Shown one piece after another: positions 46,023 to 55,249 of a DNA stretch of 64,000 nt. The notes below the pieces were generated by a model. The model was not told the DNA's origin. It saw only the letters and a program-made list of their open reading frames with translations, and ran no database searches. Position 1 is the stretch's first letter. Each line of letters begins with the position of its first letter. Origin of the DNA: an uncultured Verrucomicrobiae bacterium (GTDB lineage Bacteria; Verrucomicrobiota; Verrucomicrobiia; Chthoniobacterales; JAFAMB01); NCBI GenBank assembly GCA_963782115.1, contig CAWAIK010000001.1, positions 704,001-768,000 of the forward strand. Reading direction: 5' to 3'. The position numbers were made by a program, and so were the translations under genes.

Positions 46023-47380
46023 TTATTGAGGTGGGCCATTTCTATCGAAAATGTGAAGACATTCTGTATGCTCGGCGAAAGAAACGGCCTCAACAGTCCA
46101 GGTAAGGCAAGCAGTCATAGCTTCATGGGAAGATAAGGAAACATTCCCATATGATTTCCCATTTACATCCGTGAGAAACGTGACTCCATCATGGTCTATT
46201 TCTGTCCAATCAGCAACCTGGAACGGTACGGGATAAGAACGCTTTGATAAGTTCCTTGGTAAAAGGCGTTCCGTCCAAACGAGTATAGATAATGAGCCAA
46301 ACCCTGCCGTTGAAGCAATTGGCTTCCATACCGTACCCTTGAGATTGGAAATCGTATTCGATGTCGCCGTTGGGACCATTCTCTGCTCCACGTACTTTCA
46401 AAACTTGACCCCAAGCTTGCGTGCATTCGGAAAGAGTACTACCCAGGCCGACTCCAGCGTGGGCAGTAAAGGCGGTAAAGGCGAGAGCGAAGGCGAGTAA
46501 TAGGGCGTGTTTGTAAATCATCTATGTGAGGCGAAGTGTGAGCAGGATGCCAAGGCAGACGAAGCCCAGGAAAGTTTCGGCGAGTTTGTCATAGCGAGTG
46601 GCGACTCGCCGGTAGCGCTTGATTCTTTGGAAGAAGTTTTCTACTCGATGACGACGCCGGTAGAGCTTTGCGGAGAATGGTACAGTCGTAGTGCGGTTAG
46701 CGCGACCAGGAATGCAGGTTTTAAACCCCTTAGCGGTCGCTGTCTCTCTGAGGGCGGAGCTATCATAGGCTTTGTCGCCAATAAGGGTAGAATCCTTTGG
46801 CAGGCACTCCGTGAGCTCTTCTGCCAAAGAGATGTCGGCTTCGTTCCCACTGGACAAGGCAATGACGATAGCTTGCGAGCGGGCATTGACGACAGCATGA
46901 ATCTTGGTGTTTAGCCCTCCCTTGGTGCGTCCCATGGCTTGTGGAGCTTGTCCGCCGGCCGGATTGGACCCGTCAGCATGAACCTTGACGTGAGTACTGT
47001 CTACAAAGTACCACCCCGGAGCCAGCTCCGGTCCGAATTGAGTCAGCACTTTTTGTAGCGTGCCGCGGCGACACCAGCGGCGGAAATACTGTACACAGAG
47101 TTCCAGCGGGCCTGCGGCCGATCGATAGCTCTCCAGCTACATCCTTCTGTTAGCACAAAGAGAACACTTTCAAGCACAACGTACATTGACAAAGCAGGCC
47201 GACCAGCTTTACTATCTTTATTGCCGCTCCAGGGAGTCGATTTCTATGGAAATTATAGCTTCCACTATCTTCGGCAGGAGCGCCTTCACTTTTGGTCGTA
47301 TTCGCATCTTCCCTTTTACCTCCAGGTAGGCGCGTTGTCCATTAAACAGGATTTACAAACACGCCCTAGAAGTTTTTCAT
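46023..47380 (-). pseudogene. Secreted paralogue A1, interrupted by IS5 in its signal peptide
   Basis: ATG at 47380, IS5 at 46503-47366, AHAGVGLGSTLSECTQAWG..., frameshift near 46215, ending HIFDRNGPPQ* as in 62339. Confidence 0.8.
46503..47366 (-). mobile_element. IS5-family element, copy 3 (864 bp, 1-bp deletion)
   Basis: Same IRs and TA duplication; AAATACTGTAC at ~47090 versus AAATACTGGTAC in copies 1 and 2. Confidence 0.92.
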
Positions 47381-47483
47381 TCTTAATTCGTCTCCAAGGG
47401 CTTTATTGACTGCTTTGAAATGCTCTCTCTGTCAGACGGTCTTGTGGCCGGGTGGGGTCGAAGGGCTGATGCGGTCCTCCCTG

Positions 47484-47741
47484 TTAATCACTTCCTGCTT
47501 CTGCACAATAGAACCCAGACTGTACTTCCAGCTTCTTCAGTCTATTATCTTGGGTCTCTAGCCTGTGCATTATGTAAATATTATACTCTACGCAAGTGTT
47601 TACCAGTTCATTTAGCTTGAGAATTACATCCCGATCAGTCTTGGTCTTATTGGTTAAGTCAATATTGTTTGCAACTATTAGTACTACATGCCAAGCCAGA
47701 AAGAGTACTATTACGAATAAGGCACCGATTATAAACCACAT
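47484..47741 (-). CDS. Hypothetical single-TM protein
   Basis: Hydrophobic N-terminus, AT-rich ORF. Confidence 0.45.
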   Translation of the reverse strand: MWFIIGALFVIVLFLAWHVVLIVANNIDLTNKTKTDRDVILKLNELVNTCVEYNIYIMHRLETQDNRLKKLEVQSGFYCAEAGSD

Positions 47742-48743
47742 ATAGTTTAGTATTTGTTTGACGGTCGCTGTTTTTCAAAGGCAAACAGCGGCGCTTGGAA
47801 GTACGAAGGTGGCGCACTGCGGCCTGGGGCCGTGCGTCTCAGGCCGTCTTTTTAAGTGAGTTAGGCCGGAATGAAAAAAGCGGCCCGGCAGCGGTTTGGA
47901 CGTGCGGAACTCCATCGTCCTGGGTCGCCAGCTGGGCGGGAGGTATGTGTTGGGGAGACGCCCATCGAGAGAAAGGATATTTCCTTCGCATTATTGCCTG
48001 TAACCAGGAGAAGCCCCCAGGTTTTTGGCCGATAGAGCAGAGCGCCCACGGGCAGAGCGTCGATTTCGGGTCGGGGTCTATCCCGATAATGGGATGCACT
48101 GCGTTTACGATGTCAGGACTTGATATTCCCGCCTTGCCTGCTGCAAGTAGGCGAATTCCTGTGCTGCAAAATCCCTCGTCAAAAACGGCATGCAGAATTC
48201 TTGGGGCTTGTTAACAAGGAAAAGTTCGGGTTTCCAAAGCGACGAGGCATCCCCCATGAAGATGGTGATCTTCAATTCAGGAAGAAATAAATCGCACATC
48301 AAACCCCCGCTCTTCAATCGGCTCGTCTTTGGGGGCAAATAAGATTGGTATATTCTCCTAGAAAGTCGCTGGCCCGCTTAAATATCAACGTCGGATATTC
48401 CTCCAACGTCAAAAGGGTAGGGTCGAAAATCCTTTCGATGACTCGCCTTTCGTCCCGCAGCCCGAGATTAGCTCGGTCATAGAAATTGCACTTAGAGACC
48501 GAAGCACGCCACAGGACAGAGAGAATAAATCTTCTCAATTTGTCGGTATCGCACCCCATCCAATAGCCCGCCAGTTGAAAATTTTCAAGATATGGGGATA
48601 TGGGCTGCTTAAGTCCAGCTCACCGAGAATCTTACCTTGGCCCCTTCAAAGTCTTGACTTCTGGTGTGCATCGAATTTCGTCAACCGGAAACCTGCGATT
48701 TTTTCCTTGAAGTTTCCATTGCGGTTTCATCGAATATTTTTTA

Positions 48744-49250
48744 GTGCATCTGAGCGTGGAATTCTGGCTGGCGATCCTGGCGTCGGTCCCTATCGGCATT
48801 GGCACAGCTCTTGTTACTCCATCGATCCAGCATTGGTTAGACGCACGATCAAAGAAGCGGTCGCTGATAAGGACCCGCAACTTCGAAGCGGAATACAAGT
48901 TGGTGCTATTCTATAGGGACAATCCGAATGAGTTCACCCACTTTTTGGTGCAGACCGCAATTAAAACCACCTTTATCAGCGCAGTTATCGCAGTCCTTAG
49001 CGGCCTTTCGGTGGGTTTCGCTTCCTTGACGGCGGCTCTAGATTCCTTGGTCCTCCCTATCGGTCATGTTCGTGAAAGTTTCATCCTTCTGCTGGCTAGT
49101 GTTGGCCAATTAGGCGCATCGTTCGGTTCCATAATGATTTTCCAGGTCTGTCAAAAGGCACTTTCTATCTGGACAAAGGTGAAAAACTTCGAGGAATACT
49201 CCGAGTCTATGGGCAAGGTAATATCCGCTGGACCGGACCCAACAGCATAA
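48744..49250 (+). CDS. Hypothetical membrane protein
   Basis: Three hydrophobic segments, 168 aa. Confidence 0.55.
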   Translation: MHLSVEFWLAILASVPIGIGTALVTPSIQHWLDARSKKRSLIRTRNFEAEYKLVLFYRDNPNEFTHFLVQTAIKTTFISAVIAVLSGLSVGFASLTAALDSLVLPIGHVRESFILLLASVGQLGASFGSIMIFQVCQKALSIWTKVKNFEEYSESMGKVISAGPDPTA

Positions 49251-49929
49251 GACTTCAGCCCACTTCGGCCATCAAGGTCTTCGGGGCTGCAACGAGGTCG
49301 ACCGATGGTCAAGGGATTCTATCGCATAAACCTTAGTGCAGACCACGGCCCTGAAATCCCGATAATGGGACGCTGTAGTGCCGTACGTGATTTCCAAAAC
49401 GACGGACTTTTTACGGCGCAAACGGCCCTCGAACCGGTTTGGCGGAGAAAATAGGATTTATTGAAAGAGGGCGGTATCAAGCACCAGGTCGTTTACCGGA
49501 TCCATACGATTTCCCATTTACATCCGTGAGAAAAGTAACTCCATCATCGTCTATTTCGGTCCAATGAGAGGGAGCGCGGTATTTGATGGCGGTGCTTTCG
49601 GGAATATCGAGGGAATTGTAGAGAGTGCCCAAGGTTGGGGCATGGCATGCCTGTAAATGGTTAATAGCAATTAAATCTCCGGTTCGGGGGGATTTTAATC
49701 GTCGCTGTTAGGTGCCAATTGTGAGTGCCATCCGGTGGGCGGTGGAAAAGAGGGATGGATTTATCGCTTTGTTCCCTGCACCGGCAGTGGGCTAGCCGGG
49801 CGGCCTTCGTGTGAAAACCGCCCGACCTGCCGTTCGCAGGGCTCCAGTCGGCGCTCGGGTCGCTTCCCAGCGTTGCCCTATCCTCCGCTGAAGCAAATTG
49901 GGGTTGCTCCGACCTGCGTCGAAGCGTCG

Positions 49930-50955
49930 TCAAGGGGAGTGTTTCCCGTTTCCGTTTCCCTGGGGGCCTATAGGCGGGGAAAGGGAAACGGCTGATGATT
50001 GCGAGGGTCGATTGAGTTGATAGCCTCTGCTATCGTGGGTTACCACATCAGTCTCGACCAATTGAGCCAGGCAGGAGCAAACCGTGGCGGTGCGCAGACC
50101 GCAGAGTTTGCGCAACTGCTGGACGGTGACGGGTTGATCCAGGCCGGCCAAGACCTGCTGGATGCGCTGGAGAGCCGAAGGTTCAGAACCGGGATCGGGA
50201 ATGGTAGCGGAGTCGCTGGCCACAGAGAGAGCCAACGCCGAACCGGCTTGAGTTAGTTCGAGCGGAATGTGGTCTTGGGAAGCGGCGGCCCTGTGCTCAG
50301 TGGACAAGGTCAATTGGGCGCCGCGCCGGCGCATGTAAAGATTGGAGTCACCCCAGCCGTGCAGTTCGCTTGAGCCACGCAGGGCTTGGCCGGGCCGAGT
50401 GGAGTTGGCATCTTTTCTGGCGTGGTGGACGACTAAGACCGCGACCTGGAATGTTCGTTGAAGTAGGCGCAAGTAGGACAGGAGTCCGGCAATCTGTGAG
50501 GCGTCGTTCTCGTCGACGCGATGCAACCGGATCAGAGGATCGAGAATGAGCAAACGCGGTTGGCGTGCCTGGACGGTGTTGGTGAGCCGTTCCCGGTCCT
50601 TAGGTGCGTCCAAGCGGAGCGTCGGAGCAGTGATCACCTCGACAGGCAGAGACTGGAAGTCGACACCGGCCGCCGAGCAGATCCCCTCCAAGCGCTGGCG
50701 GACCACGGCCAGGGAGTCTTCGGCGGGAAAAAGGAGCACGGGACCGGTGCGCCGGACAGCAAAGCGGCGCAGACAGGGAGTGCCTGAGGCGACACTGACG
50801 GCCAGGTCCAACGCCAGGAAGCTCTTGCAGCATTTAGGTTCGCCTCCGAGGATGCCCACGGCTTGGTCGGACCAGAGCCCCTGGACCAGCCATTGGGTGA
50901 GCGAAGCCGAGTCGACCGAGAGCTCGCTGGCGCGTTGGACGGGCAGTTGGTTCAT
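49930..50955 (-). CDS. RecA-fold AAA_25 (RepA helicase-like) ATPase with C-terminal winged helix
   Basis: WLVQGLW, GGEPKCCKS, AED, LILDPL, VVHH.RK and LRGSS. Confidence 0.85.
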   Translation of the reverse strand: MNQLPVQRASELSVDSASLTQWLVQGLWSDQAVGILGGEPKCCKSFLALDLAVSVASGTPCLRRFAVRRTGPVLLFPAEDSLAVVRQRLEGICSAAGVDFQSLPVEVITAPTLRLDAPKDRERLTNTVQARQPRLLILDPLIRLHRVDENDASQIAGLLSYLRLLQRTFQVAVLVVHHARKDANSTRPGQALRGSSELHGWGDSNLYMRRRGAQLTLSTEHRAAASQDHIPLELTQAGSALALSVASDSATIPDPGSEPSALQRIQQVLAGLDQPVTVQQLRKLCGLRTATVCSCLAQLVETDVVTHDSRGYQLNRPSQSSAVSLSPPIGPQGNGNGKHSP

Positions 50956-51779
50956 GAGCGTTTGGGCGGCTTGGGATCCAGGGAAAAGACTTCAAAGAAG
51001 AGCTTTTCATCGATCTGTTCACGTTCCTGGTGAAGGGCGGCAGCCAACAGATCGTTGGCCATGTTCATGAGCAGGCGCAGGTTGCCGGCGGCGTGCTCGC
51101 AGAGGGTCTGCAAAAGCGGCGGGTTCATGAGCTTTGGATTACCGGCCATCTTGAGCAGGTGGTTCAAACACTGGAGCAGTTGGGACGGGGCCAGAGCTTC
51201 GGTGCGCAATCGCGCCCGGATACGGCTGGCGATGGGTAGGAGTTGGGCCTCTTCCAAGCGGTGAGCCAGGCGAAGATCGCCGGCCAGGACGGTGGTGAGG
51301 ATGGAGCGGGAATCCAGCTCGGCGCTGGACAAAAGCCGCAGTTCGCTCAAAGCCGAGGAGGTCATCTCCTGGGCTTCATCGATCAGGAGGACCGGACGAT
51401 ACAGAGAGTTTTCGATGTGATGGAGCCACTTTTCCCGTAAAGCTTTGGCGCTGGCCCATCGGTTGTGAGGCGCCAATGGGACCGAGAAAAGATGGCCCAG
51501 CTCACGATAAAAATCGGCCAGCGAGGCTTGGGGCCGACTTAAAACTCCGACAACGACATCGCGCAAGTTGCCAAGGTGCTCGGCCAGGATGCGCAGAGCG
51601 GCGCTCTTACCCGTGCCGGGATCGCCGATCGCCAGGGCGAAGCCGCCTTCGCCGATTTGCTGTTCGATGCGCCAGCAGAAGCTCTCGATCGAGGGCGCGC
51701 TCCACAAGGCGGAGGTAGGCACTTCGGGTGAGAAGGGGTTGAACTTCAGACTATAAAGAGAGAGGAGTTTTTTATTCAT
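50952..51779 (-). CDS. ExeA-like AAA ATPase (transposition helper)
   Basis: YSLKFNPF, GDPGTGKS, LLIDEAQ and GNLR; start MNKKLL overlaps the integrase stop. Confidence 0.88.
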   Translation of the reverse strand: MNKKLLSLYSLKFNPFSPEVPTSALWSAPSIESFCWRIEQQIGEGGFALAIGDPGTGKSAALRILAEHLGNLRDVVVGVLSRPQASLADFYRELGHLFSVPLAPHNRWASAKALREKWLHHIENSLYRPVLLIDEAQEMTSSALSELRLLSSAELDSRSILTTVLAGDLRLAHRLEEAQLLPIASRIRARLRTEALAPSQLLQCLNHLLKMAGNPKLMNPPLLQTLCEHAAGNLRLLMNMANDLLAAALHQEREQIDEKLFFEVFSLDPKPPKRS

Positions 51780-53248
51780 GAGTGGGTGTTGGATTGCTGC
51801 TTGGGCAGGTAAGCCGGAGGCAGTCCGGTGATAGCGTATTGTTGAATTAACTTTTGCAGGAGCGGCGCCATGCTGGAGGGCGCCGGCCACACAGCCGCCG
51901 TGGGCTTATCCAGTGCAGAGCCTTTAGCGGCACGCTCGCCTTGAGCGTTTTTTCGTTTATCCAGGGGAAAGAGCCGGCAGAGGATGGCGCCGGTTTTGGG
52001 TTCAACCAGATGGACTTGACTCAAATCCCAGAAAGCCGCCCGCACACTGAGCCGTTGGAAATGGTGGTAACGGGAAGGGATCTCAAAACGGATACCCTTC
52101 AGACTGATGGTGCCGTCGGATCGGCGCTGGGTACGACCCGTTTCGGCCGTGAAGGCCATTTTAAGTTCGGCACTGGATGGACAGGGCCGCCCGACGTCGC
52201 GGTGATGAAGGTAACATTGCAAAGGGGCTTCTCCAAGTTCAGTATGGACGGACCGGTTGTATTCCATCTCGATCCAGGCCAGCGTGGCTTCATTGAGCCG
52301 ATCAAGAGTCAGATCGGCGACGCCTTCGAGCATCGGCAACAGACGCCCCTCGATCTCGTTCCAAAACGATTCCTGTTTGCCATTCTGAAAAGGCGCATAG
52401 GGCAATGTTTTTTCATGTAGGATACCCAGTCGTGCCAAGCCCTCCGTTGTCTCGGCTGCGAGCATGGCCGAGCCATTGTCGCTCATTAGAGCCCGAGGCA
52501 GGGCTCGCTTTTGCAAGGCCTGGCAAAAACCGTGACAGAGCTCTTCGGCTCCTTCGGCCAGATACCATTGGGCATGGCAGCACAAGCGGGAATGGTCATC
52601 GATGATCCCCAGCAGCAGTGGGTAAAACCAACCGCCCTTATCGAGCAAGACGCGTAGCGAACCGTGATGAAAATCCAGATGCCACAGAGCATTGACATAC
52701 TCGCTCTCATAGCTGCGGATCTCCCGGGCCTCGATGCGATGCTCGGTGGCCTGGGCGCCCGGACTATGAACCGGTCCACGGCGTGGGCGCTTGATCAAGC
52801 CGTGAACTTTCATGAAGCGCATAACCGATGCATAGGAAGGAACTGCTGCGCCAAGAGTCGGCTCCTTTTCGATTAGCACGGCCAGGTTGTCCACGTGCAA
52901 TTGGTAGCTCCAGTTAGGATGCTGGCGATATTGAGCAGTCAGCAGTTCGCTCACCTTCGGACTCAAAGCGGGATGCCCACCCTGGTCAGAACGGATCTTG
53001 CGGCGCAACGCCCCCACAGGATCCTTCTTTTCGTTACGGGCTGTATAGAACCACCGCTCAATCGTCGAGAGACCAAATTGAACCCGGTGCCCGGTGATGG
53101 GATGCTGCCAATTTTTGGCGGCTAAACTTTTGAGTTGCTCCTGGAGCTCGCCCCGCTCCGGGGGAGCAGCTAACAATGGGCCGATCACGCTGAAGCGGAA
53201 GCGAGCCCATCGCTCGTGGGAACGAGGAAGCCCGGAAGGATTGGACAT
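51776..53248 (-). CDS. DDE (rve-type) transposase with Mu-like C-terminal domain
   Basis: ARFRFSVIGPLL, LWHLDFHH, IIDDHSR, SDNGS, NGKQES, YN..VH and DGTIS; start uncertain (MSNPSG assumed). Confidence 0.9.
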   Translation of the reverse strand: MSNPSGLPRSHERWARFRFSVIGPLLAAPPERGELQEQLKSLAAKNWQHPITGHRVQFGLSTIERWFYTARNEKKDPVGALRRKIRSDQGGHPALSPKVSELLTAQYRQHPNWSYQLHVDNLAVLIEKEPTLGAAVPSYASVMRFMKVHGLIKRPRRGPVHSPGAQATEHRIEAREIRSYESEYVNALWHLDFHHGSLRVLLDKGGWFYPLLLGIIDDHSRLCCHAQWYLAEGAEELCHGFCQALQKRALPRALMSDNGSAMLAAETTEGLARLGILHEKTLPYAPFQNGKQESFWNEIEGRLLPMLEGVADLTLDRLNEATLAWIEMEYNRSVHTELGEAPLQCYLHHRDVGRPCPSSAELKMAFTAETGRTQRRSDGTISLKGIRFEIPSRYHHFQRLSVRAAFWDLSQVHLVEPKTGAILCRLFPLDKRKNAQGERAAKGSALDKPTAAVWPAPSSMAPLLQKLIQQYAITGLPPAYLPKQQSNTHS

Positions 53249-53355
53249 CGCGCTTTCCATTTTTTTTTGCTCGCCGTTGTGGCGACGCTCGCAGCTTCTA
53301 CCACCGCTGCCGCTGTTGCGGCCACCGGCATCCTCTGCGGGAGTTGGAATGAACC

Positions 53356-53943
53356 TCACATAGCGAGCTCCTTCCAGGCGGCGGGAGCGGTGATCGGCCT
53401 CAGGAACTGGAGCACCGCCAGCAGGCGCTGGCGCTCCTGGAGCTCAAAACTCAACCACAACGACAAAGGCAGCGTCGGTTCGCACAACGGCGGCATGAAC
53501 CGGGCACGGGCGGCCTTCCAGAAGGAGCTGCGGACGAAGCTCTCCAGCCACCATTGGCGCCAACGCTTCACGGTGCGCGAGTCGATTTGCAATGCTTCAC
53601 GGATCCGACGGACCCGTCCCGGCTTGAGGCCATGAAGCATCGTCGTGATCAATACGACCACCAGGCCCGCGTAGACCCTGCGCCCCAGGAAGCGCACCGA
53701 CTCCGGGGTTCGCCGTCGCCGGCAATCTTCTTGGGCGCAACAAAAGCTATAGCGCCGGTCCCATTGCGGGCCGCCACGAGGTTTGCGATCGTAATCGGCA
53801 CGATGCAGCTTCCCGCGGCAAAAAAGACAGCCCTTTTGACAAGCCTCCTGGGCCAAATCCGCATCGACTTTCTCCAGAAGTTGGTGTAACTCTTGATCCG
53901 CCAGATGGTTCTGGCACCAAGTCTCGCCGTTCATAGTTTTCAC
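53356..53943 (-). CDS. Zinc-finger/HTH accessory protein (DUF6431-like)
   Basis: CLFC.G.LH...Y.RKPRG...SFCC...C.RR.TP.SVRFLGRRVY...RTVKRWRQWW. Confidence 0.7.
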   Translation of the reverse strand: MKTMNGETWCQNHLADQELHQLLEKVDADLAQEACQKGCLFCRGKLHRADYDRKPRGGPQWDRRYSFCCAQEDCRRRRTPESVRFLGRRVYAGLVVVLITTMLHGLKPGRVRRIREALQIDSRTVKRWRQWWLESFVRSSFWKAARARFMPPLCEPTLPLSLWLSFELQERQRLLAVLQFLRPITAPAAWKELAM

Positions 53944-53962
53944 ACCTTAAGACGGAAAGCAA

Positions 53963-53994
53963 AAGCCCCTTGGGAGCAAGCTCCCAAGGGGCTT
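53963..53994. promoter_or_regulatory. 15-bp perfect hairpin upstream of the first transposon gene
   Basis: AAGCCCCTTGGGAGC-AA-GCTCCCAAGGGGCTT. Confidence 0.55.
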
Positions 53995-54428
53995 CAAATT
54001 AAAGGGCCGGATCAATCACACAAGCTGAGGGACAACGCGACTTTCCATCGCTGACCTCGCAGAAAACCTCTTTATTCCCCCCTCGATTTTCGACCCAAAT
54101 CTCACAATCAGCACCGGGAACGGTACGGGATAAGAACGCTTTAATAAGTTCGTTGGTAAAAGGTGTTCCGTCTAAACGAGTATAGCAAATGCGCCAAAGT
54201 TTGCCGTTGAAGCAATCGGCTTCCATACCGTACCGTTGAGACTGGAAATCATATCCGATGTCCCCATTAGGACCATTAGAGGCTCGACGTACTTTCAAAA
54301 CTTGACCCCAAGATTGCTTGCATTCGGAAAGAGTACTACCCAGGCCGATTCCAGCATGTGCTGTTATAACGAATAGGGCGAGAGCGGAGGCGAGTATTAG
54401 AAACTTCTTCATTCTCCCCAGGTGGGTT

Positions 54429-55184
54429 TTATTGACTTTTTTGAAATGCTCTCTCTTTTAGACGGTCTTCTGACCGATGAGCGATTGCATCAAATGCGTC
54501 ACCAAATTTTTGGTCATCTGCCGGTTGTAGGAGAGCTTTATTGTGAAAGTAATCTCTCCAATCGGCCTGATGCATCCCGATTACAAACCAGTTGTACTTC
54601 ATGTCGTTACTGGGTAGCATTTTGTCCTTATTCCATGCCGCTAATGCAAGTTCTTCTACCGTATGGGTCGGCGCTGCCGGAGTCGGTGTAGCCCGAGCCG
54701 CAGCCTTAGCCTTACTTTCGTCAAAACACGCTTGGGTTCTGATGTCTAACGCACCGTTGTCAGGATTTTTCAAACTATTTCTATCAAAGATGCTCACCCA
54801 AATATACGAAGGAGTACCTTCCTTGCCCGTAGTCCAAGTGTCCCTTTCGGCGAATCCAAATTCGTTCGGTTTATAAGTCCACACACCAGAAGAAGTAACG
54901 GCCAAGAATTGCTGTATTAGTTCATCGGTAAAAATTCCGTTGTCACGTTTGTAAGAGACCCATATAGATTTCCCGTTAAGAAATGATGCATCGATTTTAT
55001 AGCCTTGTGAATGAAATTCATAATAGCCGTCCGAGGCACCTGAGGGGTCGATGGTGTGCGTTGATGGACCAAAGGATTTTTCACATTCAACGAGTGTACC
55101 ATTTAGACCGATTCCCGCTTGAGTGGATGCCTGAGAGCTTACGGTCATTGCCAAGGCCATTAGAAGGATTTTGTTCAGTTGCAT
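54429..55184 (-). CDS. Secreted protein B, distant member of the paralogue family with a C-terminal extension
   Basis: Signal peptide, QAGIGLNGTLVECEKSFG, YEFHSQGY.I.A.F.NGK...V.YKR..G.FT.ELI..FL and IFDRN. Confidence 0.7.
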   Translation of the reverse strand: MQLNKILLMALAMTVSSQASTQAGIGLNGTLVECEKSFGPSTHTIDPSGASDGYYEFHSQGYKIDASFLNGKSIWVSYKRDNGIFTDELIQQFLAVTSSGVWTYKPNEFGFAERDTWTTGKEGTPSYIWVSIFDRNSLKNPDNGALDIRTQACFDESKAKAAARATPTPAAPTHTVEELALAAWNKDKMLPSNDMKYNWFVIGMHQADWRDYFHNKALLQPADDQKFGDAFDAIAHRSEDRLKERAFQKSQ

Positions 55185-55249
55185 AACGGACACCTTCGAC
55201 CATGTCTAAACATCATCGCCCGCATAAGTATTGCTTCTTGTGCGACTTA

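Larger units (their letters stand above)
49565..54104 (-). mobile_element. 4540-bp four-gene DDE transposon (Zn-finger/HTH, DDE integrase, ExeA-like ATPase, RecA-like AAA_25 ATPase)
   Basis: TGAGA...TCTCA ends and 3-bp duplication CAA (49562-49564, 54105-54107). The empty site GGTCCAATCAGCACC matches the intact paralogue at 62519-62533. Confidence 0.88.
49503..54412 (-). pseudogene. Secreted paralogue A2, split by the 4.5-kb transposon
   Basis: MKKFLILASA...SRTVPGAD (54412-54105) continues as WTEIDDDGVTFLTDVNGKSYG (49564-49503), then diverges from A1/A3. Confidence 0.85.

Noticed and set aside
31500..49500. Integron cassette array
   Set aside because: The small ORFs are on both strands, no recurring attC structure was found, and the 193-aa recombinase lacks integron-integrase size and features.
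50952..51779. Type II secretion ExeA
   Set aside because: No secretion genes are nearby; it is coupled to a DDE transposase inside defined transposon ends.
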